A stretch of 64,000 nt of DNA, from NCBI GenBank assembly GCA_963848295.1, contig CAWKDB010000002.1, positions 1,024,001 to 1,088,000 on the forward strand, given 5' to 3'. This document shows positions 62,453-64,000 of the stretch, piece after piece. The notes beneath the pieces are model-generated. The model was not told the DNA's origin. It saw only the letters and a list, made by a program, of their open reading frames with translations, and searched no databases. Source of the stretch: an uncultured delta proteobacterium (GTDB lineage Bacteria; Myxococcota_A; Polyangia; Haliangiales; Haliangiaceae). A program made the position numbers and the translations under genes. Numbering within the stretch: position 1 is the stretch's first letter; every line of letters begins with the position of its first letter.

Positions 62453-64000
62453 GTGGAGCAGTTCGGCAAATACACGCTGATCCGCAAGATCGGCAGCGGC
62501 GGCATGGCCGAGGTGTTCCTCGCGCGCACGATGGTCGCGCAGGGGCTCAACAAGACCCTCGTCATCAAGAAGATCCACAGCGCGTATGCGCGCAGTCGCC
62601 AGTTCGTCACGATGTTCGTCGACGAGGCGAAGATCGCGCTCGGGCTCAACCACCCGAACATCATCCAGGTGTTCGACTTCGGCGCGGTCGGCGACACCTA
62701 CTTCCTCGCGATGGAGCACGTCGAGGGCATGGACCTGCTCCGCCTCTTGCAAGAGGCCGCGAAGGCGAAGGTCCGCGTGCCGTACGGGCTCAGCACGTAC
62801 ATCGTGCAGCAGGTGGCCAAGGGGCTCGACTACGCCCACCGCAAGGCCGACGAGTTCGGCCAGGCACTCGGCATCGTGCACCGCGATATCTCGCCGCAGA
62901 ACGTGCTGCTGTCGTGGGACGGCGGGGTCAAGATCGTGGACTTCGGTATCGCGCGCGCCCGCGATGTCCACGAAGAGGCCGGCGTCATCAAGGGCAAGTT
63001 CGCGTACATGTCGCCGGAGCAAGCCCGCGGCGAGCCAGTCGATTGCCGCAGCGACGTGTTCGCGGCCGGCATCGTGCTGTACGAGCTGGTGTGCGCGCGC
63101 CCGCTGTTCCACGCCAAGGGCAAGGACGCGCTCGAGCTCGTCAAGTCCGGCGCGATTCCGCGCCCGCGCGACTTCGCGCCCGAGCTGCCCGATTCGCTCG
63201 AGCGGATCATGCTCAAGGCGCTCGCGTTTCATCGCGCCGATCGGTTCCAGACCGCGCGCGACCTGCAGCACGAGCTCGGCAAGTTCCAGCTCGAGTGGGG
63301 CCAGAAATCCGGCGCGCTGATCGACAACGGCCAGCTCGCCCAGCAGCTCGCACAGCTCGCGCCGCCCGATGCGCGCGTCGTCACCGCGAGACCGCCGGCC
63401 GAGGGCGACGGCGTGCCGTCGGCCGTCCACGACGATGCGTCGGCGCCGGTCGTGTTCCCGAACGCGAGCGGCCCGATCAGCAAGAGCGAGCTGCCGAGCG
63501 GCAACTATCCGCGGCCGCCGACGCCGACCCCGATCCCCTCGAACACGCCGGGCGTACGCGACAGCCGCGAGCGCAAGTACGTCTACGTGTTGCAAGGGGT
63601 GCTGCGCGGGATGAGCGCACTCGAGCACAAGCTCGGTCACGCCGGCGCCGCGCGCCTGGTCAACGAGTTCTACAAGGTCGCGCAAGGTGTCGCCTACAAG
63701 CACCACGCGCTGCTCGACGTGCCCAAGCTGCCCGGCGACGGCAAGGACGTCTCGGTCGCAGAGCTGGCGATGGGCACGACCGGCGGCGAGACGATCGTCC
63801 GGCTCGTCGTGGGCTTGCCGATCGCGAGCGAGGACGATGCCGGGCGCGCGATCCAGCTCGCGCTCGCGCTCGTCGATGCGCTCGATGGGATCGGCTCCGA
63901 TGTCGAGCCCGAGCTCCGGCTCGCGCTCGCGGTCCAGCGCGGCGTCGCGCTGGTCGTGCCCAAGCCTCAGCGCGGCAAGCCGCGCCCCGGCGACGAAGGC
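62453..64000 (+). CDS. Ser/Thr kinase followed by degenerate class III cyclase-like domain (partial)
   Basis: Translated by hand from GTG 62453: GSGGMAEVF, HRDISPQN, DFG, KGKFAYMSPE, then RERKYVYVL..GLPIASEDDAGRA; open to the window end. Confidence 0.88.
   Translation, partial: MEQFGKYTLIRKIGSGGMAEVFLARTMVAQGLNKTLVIKKIHSAYARSRQFVTMFVDEAKIALGLNHPNIIQVFDFGAVGDTYFLAMEHVEGMDLLRLLQEAAKAKVRVPYGLSTYIVQQVAKGLDYAHRKADEFGQALGIVHRDISPQNVLLSWDGGVKIVDFGIARARDVHEEAGVIKGKFAYMSPEQARGEPVDCRSDVFAAGIVLYELVCARPLFHAKGKDALELVKSGAIPRPRDFAPELPDSLERIMLKALAFHRADRFQTARDLQHELGKFQLEWGQKSGALIDNGQLAQQLAQLAPPDARVVTARPPAEGDGVPSAVHDDASAPVVFPNASGPISKSELPSGNYPRPPTPTPIPSNTPGVRDSRERKYVYVLQGVLRGMSALEHKLGHAGAARLVNEFYKVAQGVAYKHHALLDVPKLPGDGKDVSVAELAMGTTGGETIVRLVVGLPIASEDDAGRAIQLALALVDALDGIGSDVEPELRLALAVQRGVALVVPKPQRGKPRPGDEG

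Overview
High-GC bacterial chromosomal window, most consistent with a myxobacterium (Myxococcota). Supporting signs are five Hanks-type Ser/Thr kinases, an MXAN_5187-like protein, myxobacterial Cys-rich repeats, a Myxococcales-type ECF sigma factor, tandem lspA genes and many Cys-rich lipoproteins. Housekeeping genes (panC, groES-groEL with CIRCE, comEC, pabB, ileS-lspA-lspA, dCMP deaminase, nadK-recN, rplM-rpsI, gstA, DnaQ-like exonuclease) alternate with signalling modules and unknown secreted proteins. Several conserved genes (helicase, groES, groEL, ileS and others) carry small indels that look like sequencing or assembly errors. I recognised no tRNA, rRNA, cas gene or transposase. Main leads: (1) an ECF sigma translationally coupled to a ~1700-aa anti-sigma/FecR-VIT-vWA-TPR fusion; (2) a dispersed repeat GGGGACG-N9-TTGTCA(A/C)C, 7 copies, mostly as repeat-spacer-repeat pairs just after stop codons; (3) a TAnnnT-N5-8-start-codon (leaderless-type) promoter signature on at least 14 genes; (4) a kinase-STAND NTPase / Cys-rich propeller / PEGA-TPR module beside an ECF plus ZAS-kinase pair; (5) an IleRS with non-canonical HYGH and EYSKS motifs. 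All domain calls come from reading motifs by eye; no database search was run.
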